Source of the DNA: Pseudomonadota bacterium
GTDB taxonomy: Bacteria > Pseudomonadota > Alphaproteobacteria > Acetobacterales > Acetobacteraceae
Reading direction: 5' to 3'
Length of the DNA: 64,000 bases
Assembly: GCA_046052145.1 (NCBI GenBank)
Contig: JBJOMW010000018.1
Location: 974 to 64,973, forward strand
Part shown: positions 43,728-53,265 of the stretch, one piece after another
Layout of the letters: each line of letters starts with the position of its first letter
Numbering within the stretch: position 1 is the first letter of the stretch
Program-made: the position numbers and the translations under genes
Notes under the pieces: model-generated
What the model was told of the DNA's origin: nothing
Database searches by the model: none
The model's input: the letters and a program-made list of their open reading frames with translations, nothing else

Positions 43728-44705
43728 TCAATCGGGCCTGACTCGCCCATCCCGCACCACCTGCGCCCAGCGACGTAGCTCATTGTGGATGGTCGCCTCG
43801 AATTCGGGCTGCGGACCACCCGCGGCGACCATCCCCTGGGCGAGGATTGCAGCACGCGTCTCAGGCAGGGCGAGCCAGGCGTTCACTCCGGTGTTGATGC
43901 GCGTCACCAGCTCCGCCGGCAGGCCTGCCGGGCCATAAAGGCCGTAAATGATGGTGTTGGTCGCCGCCGGATAGCCTGATTCGGCCAGGGTCGGCACTGC
44001 AGGCAGGTCGGGCAGACGTTCGGCGGAGGTGGCCGCCAGAACCCGTATCTGCCCACTACGCGCGAGCGGCAACGCCACTGCCACCGGCAGCACCATAGCC
44101 GCGATGCGCCGGCCCAATAGGTCCTGCAGCGCGGGGGCCGTGCCGCGATAGGGGATGTGGTTCAGCTCGATCCCGGCCGCCAGCATGAACAGCGCCATGC
44201 TCATGTGCGGCGCCGTGCCATTGCCCGGCGAGCCGTAGTCGAGGTCACCAGGGCGCGACTTGGCCAGAGCCACAAAGGCGGCGAGATCCGCCGTCGCCAG
44301 ATCAGGCTGCACTGCGAGCACCGAATTGCCATCCGCCACATGCACGATGGGGATGAAGGCGCGGACCGGATCATAGGGCAGATTGGCGATCAGCGGCGGG
44401 CTCATCACGAAATTCGCCCCTTGCATCAGCAGCATCCGCCCATCCGGCACGGCGCGAGCGACCGCCCCAGTACCGATGACGCCGGACGCACCGGTGCGGT
44501 TCTCTACCACCACCGGCTGGGCCAGGATTTCGCTGAGCGTAGGGGCAAGCAACCGAGCGAGCGTGTCCTGCGCCGTACTCGGCGTGACCGGCACGACCAA
44601 CGAGACCGGACCGTTGGGCATGCGCGCGGGCTGTGCCAAGGCGGGGATGGCGAGCAGCGCGCCGGCGGTGCCGAGTAGGGTGCGGCGGGTCAGGCCATCG
44701 GTCAT
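43728..44705 (-). CDS. Bug/TctC-family substrate-binding protein
   Basis: 325 aa. MPNGPVSLVVPVTPSTAQDTLAR, ENRTGASGVIG, VPDGRMLLM, HIPYRGTAPA. Confidence 0.85.
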   Translation of the reverse strand: MTDGLTRRTLLGTAGALLAIPALAQPARMPNGPVSLVVPVTPSTAQDTLARLLAPTLSEILAQPVVVENRTGASGVIGTGAVARAVPDGRMLLMQGANFVMSPPLIANLPYDPVRAFIPIVHVADGNSVLAVQPDLATADLAAFVALAKSRPGDLDYGSPGNGTAPHMSMALFMLAAGIELNHIPYRGTAPALQDLLGRRIAAMVLPVAVALPLARSGQIRVLAATSAERLPDLPAVPTLAESGYPAATNTIIYGLYGPAGLPAELVTRINTGVNAWLALPETRAAILAQGMVAAGGPQPEFEATIHNELRRWAQVVRDGRVRPD

Positions 44706-44725
44706 CGTGTTCTACCCTTAGCGTT

Positions 44726-45595
44726 TTACGCGAGGCCAAGCGCCCGCGCAGGCGCGAAAACCTCGCCGGCATCCAGACGGCGCGGCAGCAGACCTTGAGC
44801 GTGGCAGGCATCCAGCAGATACGCTATCGAATGCGCCATCGCCGCCTCGCCCGCGGGTAGCAGATCCGGCGTGGCATCGGACTTGTCCGCAGCCAGCGTG
44901 GCGATCAGCATCCGCAGTTGCGGGGCATGGATCGCAGCGACGTCCGCGCGCGCGACCAGCACATGGTTGATCGGCACCACGCCGGTGCGCGCGAACCAGG
45001 CGCGCGCCACCTGCTCGGGCGCGTCGAAGACAGGGGCGAAGAGCGGATCGTCGGGCAGGTCATTGCCGAGGATCGCAGCGTCGATCACGCCTTCCGCCAG
45101 CAGCGTTGGCAGCTTCGCACTTTCGGGCAGGGGGGTCACGAAGGGCGGGTCGGCGTATTCGGCGACATGCGCGCCTTCCTGCGTGAACCAGTGCGACTGG
45201 TCGGCGGCGAGCCCTGTTGCCTCGGCCAGCAGGGCGCGGATCCACATTCCGGTGGTCTGCGTATAGGCGCGCACGCCGATCCGCCTGCCCGCCAGGGCGG
45301 GCGGCTGGATCTCGGGCCGACTGGAGAGACGAATGATACAGCGATGCTGGAAGCGCGCGGCGATGGTCACCGGCAGCAGGACAATCGGCTTGTTATAGGC
45401 CAGTGCCTGCAACGCTGTGACGATGGCCATCTCGGCCACATCGTAGCGCTGCTCGCGCGCCATAGGGGCGAAGGCGCGGTGTATGGGCGAGACCAAGGGG
45501 AAGTCGATGCCCGTGCCATCTTCCAGCGCCCCCGCCGCGCGCAGCGGCCGGACCATCGGATAGTCGCCGATGGCGAGGCTTAGGCGCCTATCCAT
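44726..45595 (-). CDS. PhtD-like / NMT1-like binding-protein-fold protein without signal peptide
   Basis: Start MDRRLSLAIGDYPMVRPL at 45595, 2 nt after the upstream stop (track ORF extended to 45676). Its layout parallels the 6935..7939 protein: L.L.IG.Y....PL, ...DV.EM, RRIGV.AYTQTTGMWIRALL. Confidence 0.6.
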   Translation of the reverse strand: MDRRLSLAIGDYPMVRPLRAAGALEDGTGIDFPLVSPIHRAFAPMAREQRYDVAEMAIVTALQALAYNKPIVLLPVTIAARFQHRCIIRLSSRPEIQPPALAGRRIGVRAYTQTTGMWIRALLAEATGLAADQSHWFTQEGAHVAEYADPPFVTPLPESAKLPTLLAEGVIDAAILGNDLPDDPLFAPVFDAPEQVARAWFARTGVVPINHVLVARADVAAIHAPQLRMLIATLAADKSDATPDLLPAGEAAMAHSIAYLLDACHAQGLLPRRLDAGEVFAPARALGLA

Positions 45596-46451
45596 GGAAA
45601 GGGGCCAGCCCCGGATAGACGCGCCGTGCCGTGCCGCCGAGGATCTCCGCTCGATCATCGGCGCCGAGGTGATCAAGAGCGCCCAGGCTACGGGTCAGCA
45701 GTTCGGCCAGCGTGCCCTCCGCGGCGGGGAAGTTGGAGCCCCACATGATCCGCTTTGCCCCGAATTTCCGTAGCAATACCTCGAGCAGGGCGGCGGAGGA
45801 GGAACTCCCGACCTCCGACAAATCGAGCGCGCGCGAAGTCAGCTTCAGGATCACCTGCGGGTAGTCCGCAAGGCTCCACAAGGGTGTGGCATTCCTGTAG
45901 GGCGGCCCATCGGAGAGATCGGGTCGGGCCAGATGATCGAGCAGCATGGTCACGCGTGGGAAGCGGTTCATTACCTCGCGCAGTAACGGGATGCCCTTGG
46001 CCGTCATCTGCAAGCAGACTGGCAGGCCAAGCTCCTGCGCCAGCGCCCATGCGGGGAAGGAGCGCGGATCGTCCAGCCAAGTCTGCTGCCCTGGCATGGT
46101 CGTGCCCGTGGTGAACAGCCGGAAGCCAGCGAAGCCGCGCCCATGCCAGTGGCGGATGCGTTCACAGGCATCAGGAGCGAGCACGTCGACGGAGAAGACC
46201 CCCGCAAAACGCCCTGGATGCGCGGCAATCGCCTCAGCGGCGTAGCTGTTGTCATGGCCATAGGCCGTGGAGGCCTGCACAACGATAGCCCGATGCACCC
46301 CGGCCGCATCCATTGCGGCGATCAGCGCCTTATGCGGTGTCGGGCGCTCCGAAGACCAGTCGGATTGTTTTCCGCCTAAGGGTGCGAGCGGATGCGCCAT
46401 GCGATCTGGCGAGATGACGTGGGTGTGGGTGTCGATGATCTCGATGGTCAA
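45588..46451 (-). CDS. Amidohydrolase_2 family protein
   Basis: 287 aa. IIDTHTHVI metal motif, LLDHLARP, IMWGSNFP. Confidence 0.8.
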   Translation of the reverse strand: MTIEIIDTHTHVISPDRMAHPLAPLGGKQSDWSSERPTPHKALIAAMDAAGVHRAIVVQASTAYGHDNSYAAEAIAAHPGRFAGVFSVDVLAPDACERIRHWHGRGFAGFRLFTTGTTMPGQQTWLDDPRSFPAWALAQELGLPVCLQMTAKGIPLLREVMNRFPRVTMLLDHLARPDLSDGPPYRNATPLWSLADYPQVILKLTSRALDLSEVGSSSSAALLEVLLRKFGAKRIMWGSNFPAAEGTLAELLTRSLGALDHLGADDRAEILGGTARRVYPGLAPFHG

Positions 46452-46645
46452 TGGAGCGACATTCCCGGAATGGCCGGCCGATCCGGCTTCAGTGATTATC
46501 GTATCGATGATTCGACGGAGATTGCAACGCGGACAGGGCCCGGATCGCTTACGCGTCGCGCTGGTAAACGCCGATTATCTGGGGTCGGTGCGGCAACTCC
46601 GCATTTAGCGTAGACAACTGACGCCGCACCACGGACGCGCCCCTC

Positions 46646-48445
46646 TCAACGCAGCAACGGCAAGACCAAACAGCTCGGCCGAGCGGCGTCGACGAAGACG
46701 GTGTTGGTTGCCACGCGCCGCCCGCGCGATGCGCCTTCTGCTTCACCCGTATTCGGATTCACATCGTATTTCGGGAAGTTGGAGGAAGAGACATCGAGCC
46801 GGATCCGGTGACCGGGCATGAAGAGGTTGGCGATGGGCAGCGTCAGCCGAACGCGCCGTACCTCACCTGGCGTACCCAGACGCGGCTGCGCAGGATCTTC
46901 CGCATAGCGGAGCCTGAGAATGGTATCCCCGAGCAGCATCGCATAGCCATGCGGATAGTCCGCGCTGGCCGGATGCACATCCACCAGCTTGACGGTGAAG
47001 TCGGTGTCGGGGGCGTCGGTTGCGACAAAGAGTTCGACCTCCACCGGGCCCACCACCTGCACTGGCTCGCGCAGTGGCGAAGTCTGGAACACCGCGACAT
47101 CGGACCGTGAGGCGAGCGGCAGGTAGGGCGGCGCGCAGCCAAAGAAGCCCGGTGCTTCCACCTGGTTGTGGCTGCCGGGCAAGGCGATCGGCTCCAGTGA
47201 CGAGAAATTGCCGCCGATCGTCGGCACGGGATGCGCGGGATCGAATTGGAAGCGGACCGCCCCATCGCTGGCAGCGGGCACGGCGGGGTCCAGCGAGCCG
47301 TCTGCATGCAGATGAAACGCAGTCGGTACGCTGTCCGGGAGAGGCCAATCAGACGCTGCGATCCAGCGCCCGCCATGGTCAAGATGGCCGTTCTTCGTGC
47401 GCCGGCCGCTGCCGCCGCCCATGACGAAGACACGGACCGGTGGCTCGCCATCCGCCACGCCGCGCACGGCATGGTCCAGGAAGCGCACGCGCTGGCGGTT
47501 CCAGTCGCCTGCCCATGAGTCGATTGGCGCATCGGGGCCGAAATCCACATCGCCGAATACGCGCTGGCTGCGCTGGCCATGCGTCCAGGGGCCGAGGATT
47601 AGACGCTGCGGCCCGCGCCCTGCGCGCTTCAGGCCGACATAGTTGTTCGTCACGGTGGCCGGATAGGGGTCGAGCCAGGACGACATGTGCAGCACGGCGG
47701 CGCGGCTGTAGCGATCGTAGAATCCCTCAGTCCAGATGCCGACACGCTGCCAAGTCTCATCGAAGACGCCCGCACGCCATTGATCGAGTAGCACCCGTTC
47801 ATAGGTGGGATGGTGACGGAGCGGCGAATGCCCCGCACGCCAGGGCAGCCGGGTGAACCAGGCCGCGAGATCCTCCGCTTCCAGCGCCGCGCGCAGCACG
47901 GGATCGGCGGCGGCTTCCGGGGATCGGCGGGCTTCGTTGAAGGCCCAACTGGCCTGCTTCATCTCGAAGGCGCCGTTGTGGCGGATGGCGTTGCGCCAGC
48001 CATTGTCGAAGCCGCCGGAATCCAGCACCTGCGCCACCAGCCCGGGCGGGTCGAGGCAGCCCAGCGCGGCGCCGGAATGCGCGCCATAGGACATGCCGAT
48101 GGTCGCGATGCGCCCGTCGCACCAGGGCTGCGCCAGGATCCAGGCGCAGCTGTCGAAGCCATCCGCGGCTTCGTTCAGGTATTTCTCGAAGCGGCCCTCG
48201 GACTCGCCACGGCCACGGCTGTCCTGCAGCACCACGGCATAGCCGGCACGGGTGAAGATGGCGGCGAGCCGCGGTCCATCCATTGGGCTGGGGTCGGCCG
48301 CCGTCACCTCCACGCTGCGCGGCGCGTCGCGACCATAGGGCGTGCGCTCCAGCACCACCGGGAAGGGCCCGTCACCCTCCGGCAGGTAGAGGCTCGCGGC
48401 CAGATGCGCACCATCGCGCATCGGCATGCGGAGCATGCGGCTCAT
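46646..48445 (-). CDS. CocE/NonD-family hydrolase (S15 X-Pro dipeptidyl-peptidase-like)
   Basis: 599 aa. MRDGAHLAASLYLPEG..FPVVLERTPYGRD, RGRGESEG, GMSYGA (nucleophile elbow), and a C-terminal beta-sandwich region. Confidence 0.85.
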   Translation of the reverse strand: MSRMLRMPMRDGAHLAASLYLPEGDGPFPVVLERTPYGRDAPRSVEVTAADPSPMDGPRLAAIFTRAGYAVVLQDSRGRGESEGRFEKYLNEAADGFDSCAWILAQPWCDGRIATIGMSYGAHSGAALGCLDPPGLVAQVLDSGGFDNGWRNAIRHNGAFEMKQASWAFNEARRSPEAAADPVLRAALEAEDLAAWFTRLPWRAGHSPLRHHPTYERVLLDQWRAGVFDETWQRVGIWTEGFYDRYSRAAVLHMSSWLDPYPATVTNNYVGLKRAGRGPQRLILGPWTHGQRSQRVFGDVDFGPDAPIDSWAGDWNRQRVRFLDHAVRGVADGEPPVRVFVMGGGSGRRTKNGHLDHGGRWIAASDWPLPDSVPTAFHLHADGSLDPAVPAASDGAVRFQFDPAHPVPTIGGNFSSLEPIALPGSHNQVEAPGFFGCAPPYLPLASRSDVAVFQTSPLREPVQVVGPVEVELFVATDAPDTDFTVKLVDVHPASADYPHGYAMLLGDTILRLRYAEDPAQPRLGTPGEVRRVRLTLPIANLFMPGHRIRLDVSSSNFPKYDVNPNTGEAEGASRGRRVATNTVFVDAARPSCLVLPLLR

Positions 48446-50016
48446 CGGGCGATGCGCGCGAAGCGGACCGAAGTCTCGTCCAGCATGTTGGCGTCATGCA
48501 CGATGTCGCCGCGCGACGCCCAGAAGGATTTCTGCCACAGCAGCGGGATGATGCCCTGATCCTCCATGGCGATGCGCGTCGCGGCCGCGAGCTGGCGGTT
48601 CCGCTCATCCTCGTCGAAGGCCTCCAGCGCCCGGCCGAGCACCGCGTCGAATTCGGGGTTCGAGTAGCGGCCGCGATTCACGCCGCCCATGCCGCGCGGC
48701 AGGTCGCGCGTGGCGAGCAGCCCGCGCAAGCCGTCCGCCGAATGCGGAGAGGCGCTGTTGTAGGCGAAGAGGAAGGCAGAGAAGCGCTGATCCGTCGCCT
48801 GGCCGATATAGACGTTGAAGGGCATGGTGGTGACGCCGTTCACGCGGATCCCGCCGCGCGCGAGCATCTGCCCCAGCGCCTGCGCCATGGCCGCATCCTG
48901 CGGGAAGCGGTTGTTGGAGGAATGGATCGTCAGGCCGAACCCGTTGGGCCAGCCGGCCTCCGCCAGCAGGGCGCGGGCGCGCGGCAGGTCGAAGGGCATC
49001 GGAACAAGCGAGGGATCGTAGCCACCCTGGCCTTCCGGCACGATTTGCCCCGCCGGCACGCCGCCGCCAGACAGCAGCGTGTTCACCATCGCCTCGCGGT
49101 TGATCATCATCGAGATCGCCTGGCGCACGCGCCGGTCGCGCAGCGGGTTACGCGCCATGGGGCGGCCTTCGGCATCCGTCACGAAGGGGCTTTCGTCGCG
49201 GGCCGAATCGAGCGCCATATAGGCCATGCGCGGTGTGACGGTGGAGGTCACGCGGATATTCCGCTCGCGGCTGAGGCGCGCGACGTCGCCGGCGGGGACG
49301 CCATCGATGACATCCACACCGCCCGACAGCAGGGCGGAGACACGGGCGGCGGGGTTGGTGATGAAGCGCACCGTCACGCGCTCGAACTCCGTGGCGCCGC
49401 GCCAATGGCCCTCGAAGCGCTGCAGCCGCATCTGGTCGCCCGGCGTCCAGGATACGAAGCGCATCGGTCCGGTGCCGATGGCGGCACGCCCGGCGTTAAA
49501 GTCCGACGTGCTCGCGCCTTCCGCGACGCGGCGGGAGACGATGTAGACCTGCCCGATCTGCTCCAGTAGCAGCGGTGTCGGCACGCGGGAGGTGACGCGG
49601 ATGGTGTGCGGATCGACGATGGTCATCGTCGCGATGTCGCCGACATTCCGTGCCCAGGAGGACGGGCTGTTCGGCACGTCCTTCGCGCGGGTCAGGGAGA
49701 AGACGACATCCTCCGCCGTGAAGGGCGAACCGTCATGGAAGCGCACGCCTTCGCGCAGCCGGATCTCCCAGGTCAGCGGATCGACCACGCGCCAGGACGC
49801 CGCCAGCGACGGGCCGATGGCCTGGTTGACGTCGAAATTGAGCAGGCTGTCGTAGATGTTGCGCATCGTGGATGCATCGTTGCCTGCATTGTTGAAATGC
49901 GGGTCGATGGCCGCATGCTCGGCCACGCGCGCCATCGTCAGGTCGCGCGCGACGGCGGGTGCAGCACCGAGCACGGCAGCCAGCGCCGCCACCGGCCAGC
50001 CAAATCGCTTGATCAT
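48442..50016 (-). CDS. ABC-transporter family-5 (peptide/nickel, DppA/OppA-like) substrate-binding protein
   Basis: Start MIKRFGWPVAALAAVLGAAPAVA (signal peptide) at 50016 (track 50055). LASWRVVDPLTWEIRLREGVRFHDGSPFTAEDVVFSL is typical of SBP_bac_5. ATGA overlap with the CocE gene. Confidence 0.85.
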   Translation of the reverse strand: MIKRFGWPVAALAAVLGAAPAVARDLTMARVAEHAAIDPHFNNAGNDASTMRNIYDSLLNFDVNQAIGPSLAASWRVVDPLTWEIRLREGVRFHDGSPFTAEDVVFSLTRAKDVPNSPSSWARNVGDIATMTIVDPHTIRVTSRVPTPLLLEQIGQVYIVSRRVAEGASTSDFNAGRAAIGTGPMRFVSWTPGDQMRLQRFEGHWRGATEFERVTVRFITNPAARVSALLSGGVDVIDGVPAGDVARLSRERNIRVTSTVTPRMAYMALDSARDESPFVTDAEGRPMARNPLRDRRVRQAISMMINREAMVNTLLSGGGVPAGQIVPEGQGGYDPSLVPMPFDLPRARALLAEAGWPNGFGLTIHSSNNRFPQDAAMAQALGQMLARGGIRVNGVTTMPFNVYIGQATDQRFSAFLFAYNSASPHSADGLRGLLATRDLPRGMGGVNRGRYSNPEFDAVLGRALEAFDEDERNRQLAAATRIAMEDQGIIPLLWQKSFWASRGDIVHDANMLDETSVRFARIAR

Positions 50017-50129
50017 GGTCCTATCCCCCCTCTGCGCGGCCCCAGGATGACGCAAGGGGGCAGCCTTCCGCGCGATTGACGCGATGTTGGGGGACAGCCT
50101 ACCAATCTTACTCTGTGTAAGGAAAGCCG

Positions 50130-51320
50130 ATGCCGCCCGAACAGCTTCGGACGAGAAGGCAGACCCGCGCTTCCGTGCTCGACCGGCTGCTCGCCACGGG
50201 TGGCCTGTTCCGCCCCCAGCTCGCCGCCGATTGCGCCCTGACCGAGGCCAGCATCTCCCGCATCCTGGCGGATCTGAAGGAAGAGGGGCTGGTCGAGGAG
50301 ATCAGGCGCCCAGCCCCCTACCCTGGCGGTCCCGGGCAGATCGTTACACTGCGTCAGGATCAGTGGGTTGCCGGCTTCACACTTGGCAATGGCCGCCTCG
50401 CCTTCGGCGCCGCGACCCTCGGCCAAGAGCTCGCCTATCTCGAGCGGCTGCCCCTGCCCGACGTCACCGACCGCCACGCCATCGCCGCCGCCTTCGAGCA
50501 GGCCGTCGCCGCACTGCATGCGTGGTGCACGGCCCGCGGCGTCGTGCCGTTGCGGATCGGCGTGTCCATCCCCGGCTTGCGTGAGCCGCTGGAGGCGCCG
50601 AACCCGATCGCTGCGCTGGATGCCGCTTGGCTCTCCGGCCACCTGCACGATGCCTTTCCGATGACGCCTCACAGCCTGGTCAACGCCGTCGCCGCGCGTG
50701 CGGCCGTGCATCTCTTCGGCCCCGGTAGCGCGCCCATCGGGACGCGGCATCTCTTCATTCATCTCGGCCGCGGCATCGGCGGTGCCTGGGTCGAGCCGGT
50801 CACGGCCGCCGCCCCGATCCGCGCCATCGAGTTCGGCCATCTCGTCGTGCAGCCGGGCGGCCCCGCCTGCCGCTGCGGCCATCGCGGGTGCCTCGAGGCC
50901 TTCGCCTCCGCCGGCGCCATCGGTCGTATCTTCGACCTATCGGAGGCGGAGATGATCGCCGCTGACAATGACTGGCCAGGACTTGCGCGCATGACCGCGC
51001 GGCGACGCACGCAGCTGTCCGACGCGCTGCACCGCATCGGCCTCGCCATCGGCAATGTGCTCAACATCATGCCCGTCTCGCTGATTGCCCTATCCGGCTG
51101 GCCGAGCGCCTTGGCGGAGGATGCGCGCGAGGCGATCCGGCACGGCATTGCAGACAGCGTCTTCGGTGGCGCTGCAGCCATGCGCCTACCCCTGCGCTTC
51201 CTGCCCTCGACATCGGGCTCCGACCCGCGCCCGGCGCTCGCCTGGGCCATGCATGAGCTTGTGCGCGATGGCGGCCTGGAGCCGCGCCACGGCGGTGTAC
51301 GGCGCGCCGCCGGCCGTTGA
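50130..51320 (+). CDS. ROK-family transcriptional regulator
   Basis: 396 aa. N-terminal winged-helix: RASVLDRLLATGGLFRPQLAADCALTEASISRILADLKEEGLV. ROK zinc motif: CRCGHRGCLEAFAS. Confidence 0.8.
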   Translation: MPPEQLRTRRQTRASVLDRLLATGGLFRPQLAADCALTEASISRILADLKEEGLVEEIRRPAPYPGGPGQIVTLRQDQWVAGFTLGNGRLAFGAATLGQELAYLERLPLPDVTDRHAIAAAFEQAVAALHAWCTARGVVPLRIGVSIPGLREPLEAPNPIAALDAAWLSGHLHDAFPMTPHSLVNAVAARAAVHLFGPGSAPIGTRHLFIHLGRGIGGAWVEPVTAAAPIRAIEFGHLVVQPGGPACRCGHRGCLEAFASAGAIGRIFDLSEAEMIAADNDWPGLARMTARRRTQLSDALHRIGLAIGNVLNIMPVSLIALSGWPSALAEDAREAIRHGIADSVFGGAAAMRLPLRFLPSTSGSDPRPALAWAMHELVRDGGLEPRHGGVRRAAGR

Positions 51321-51389
51321 TGCGTTGAACGCCAGCGGCGCCTCTGGACGCTCCATGGCCGGGCCGCCGCGAGGAAGGGAAGAAGACCG

Positions 51390-53000
51390 ATGAGGAAGCT
51401 GCTGCCGGCCATCGGGCTGGCGATGATCCTGGGTCATGGCGCCTTGGCTGAGACGCAAACGGCTGAGGCCTGCGGCAGGCTCGCAGCGCTTCGCATCGGC
51501 GCTGCCGACATCACGCTGCCGACCGGCGGTGCCGAAGTGACCTCAGCGGCGCCTGTGAATGACGCGAATGGCAATTATTGCCGCATCCTGGGGGCGATAC
51601 GCCCCGTGGATCCGGCCGCGCCCAGCATTCTCTTCCAGGCGAATCTGCCGGCCAACTGGAACGGCAAGGCGCTTCATTTCGGCGGGGGCGGCTATAATGG
51701 CCGCATCCCGAACACCACGGGCCTTGAGGTGCACGGGCTTGCCGGGACGCCGACGCCACTGGCGCGGGGGTTCCTGACCTTCGGCAGCGATTCCGGCCAT
51801 CAGGCGGCGAGCGCGGACGACGCCTCCTTCGCCCTGAACGCGGAGGCGCTGCACAATTTTGGCTACCAGCACATTCGCAAGACGCTCGACGCCGTGCGGC
51901 AGGTGGCGATCGCCCATTACGGCCGCGCGCCGCGGCGCGTGTACTACAATGGTGGCTCGACCGGCGGGCGAGAGGGCCTGACCGCCGCCATCCGCTGGCC
52001 CGAAGCCTATGACGGCATCATCGCCTGGTACCCGGTGTCGAGCTACATGGGCCTCCGGCTTTGGGGCGCGCTGCTGGCCCGGGCGGTCTACGAGGAGGAG
52101 TCGGCGGGGTGGATCCCGCCGGCGATGGTCCAACGCATCCTGCGCGACTCACTCACGCGGTGCGATGCGTTGGATGGCGTCGCGGATGGTCTGGTCAGCA
52201 ACCCGGATGCCTGCCGCCGGGGCTCCGCGGCCGCGCTGGAGGCGCTGCGCTGCCGCAACGGCGAAAGCAGCCACCCCGCGCACTGCCTGACCACGGCGCA
52301 GGTCGAGCGCACCATGCGCATCTACCACCAAGGCTACGCCCTGCCCTTCGCCTTCGCGAATGGCGCACGCGACTACCTGGGCTACAACAGCCTCGAAGGC
52401 ATCGCGATGCAGCTCGGCAGCCAGCCCCAGCTGCAGTCGCCGCCGCGCTCCGGACCCAATGCGCATCACGTTGACCGCGCCTACCAGTTCTTCCGCTACT
52501 TCGTGAACGAGGGCCGCGACTTCGATATCCGGCAATTCGACGTCACGGCACCGGGGCCGGTGCGGGCGCGGATCCTGGAGATCTCCCGCCTCTTCGATGC
52601 GACGGCGACCGACCTCTCACGCTTCGCCGAGCGCGGGGGCAGGATCATCTGGCTGCATGGCCATGACGATCCTTCGGTCAGCCCGCTCGAGAACCGGCGC
52701 AATGTACAGGCTATCGTCGCCCGGATGGGTCAGGAGCGCGCTGACCGCTTCCTGCGTTACTTCGAGATCCCGGGCCTTGCGCACGGCGGCGGGCGCTTCG
52801 CGCCGCAGTGGGAAAGCCTTGCTGCGCTCGATGCCTGGGTGGAGCAGGGCACGCCGCCGGATGGCGCGTTCGTCACCGACGGTACGCAGAGCGAAACGCG
52901 GGGCCGCACCCGCCCGCTCTGCCGCTTCCCCACCTGGCCGAAATTCACGGGCACGGGCGATGCCAGCCTCGCAGCAAGCTTCACCTGCGTTGCAGAATAG
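51390..53000 (+). CDS. Tannase/feruloyl esterase family alpha/beta hydrolase (secreted)
   Basis: 536 aa. Signal peptide MRKLLPAIGLAMILGHGALA. Motifs: GGGGYNG, YYNGGSTGGREGL (GxSxG context), CDALDGVADGLVSNPDAC. Confidence 0.85.
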   Translation: MRKLLPAIGLAMILGHGALAETQTAEACGRLAALRIGAADITLPTGGAEVTSAAPVNDANGNYCRILGAIRPVDPAAPSILFQANLPANWNGKALHFGGGGYNGRIPNTTGLEVHGLAGTPTPLARGFLTFGSDSGHQAASADDASFALNAEALHNFGYQHIRKTLDAVRQVAIAHYGRAPRRVYYNGGSTGGREGLTAAIRWPEAYDGIIAWYPVSSYMGLRLWGALLARAVYEEESAGWIPPAMVQRILRDSLTRCDALDGVADGLVSNPDACRRGSAAALEALRCRNGESSHPAHCLTTAQVERTMRIYHQGYALPFAFANGARDYLGYNSLEGIAMQLGSQPQLQSPPRSGPNAHHVDRAYQFFRYFVNEGRDFDIRQFDVTAPGPVRARILEISRLFDATATDLSRFAERGGRIIWLHGHDDPSVSPLENRRNVQAIVARMGQERADRFLRYFEIPGLAHGGGRFAPQWESLAALDAWVEQGTPPDGAFVTDGTQSETRGRTRPLCRFPTWPKFTGTGDASLAASFTCVAE

Positions 53001-53052
53001 CGAAGGTCTCGCAGATCCGCCGATGCAACGCAGCCTGTCGGGCTGACCATAG

Positions 53053-53164
53053 AGCAGAGGCGCGGGATGCGGGGACGCGCAACCGACGATGCCGACACAT
53101 CTCGGTTGCCATCTGAAGTGCCTCTGGTTGTCGAACGAGACGAAGCGGGGAGTGTTTTTCAGAG
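53053..53164. repeat. Intergenic repeat, class 2 (copy C)
   Basis: AGCAGAGGCGCGGGATGCGGGGACGCGCAACCGACGATGCCGACACATCTCGG... preceded by TAG. Terminal CAGAGGC/GCCTCTG 7-bp inverted repeat at 53055-53061 / 53120-53126. Confidence 0.75.
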
Positions 53165-53265
53165 TGCACGGCGCAGATCTTCGGCGCCGGGTCCAGAACG
53201 GACCTATTGGGGCACGACGTAGGCCGCGACCCACCAAGATGTTGGTATGCTCGTTTCTTGCGCCC

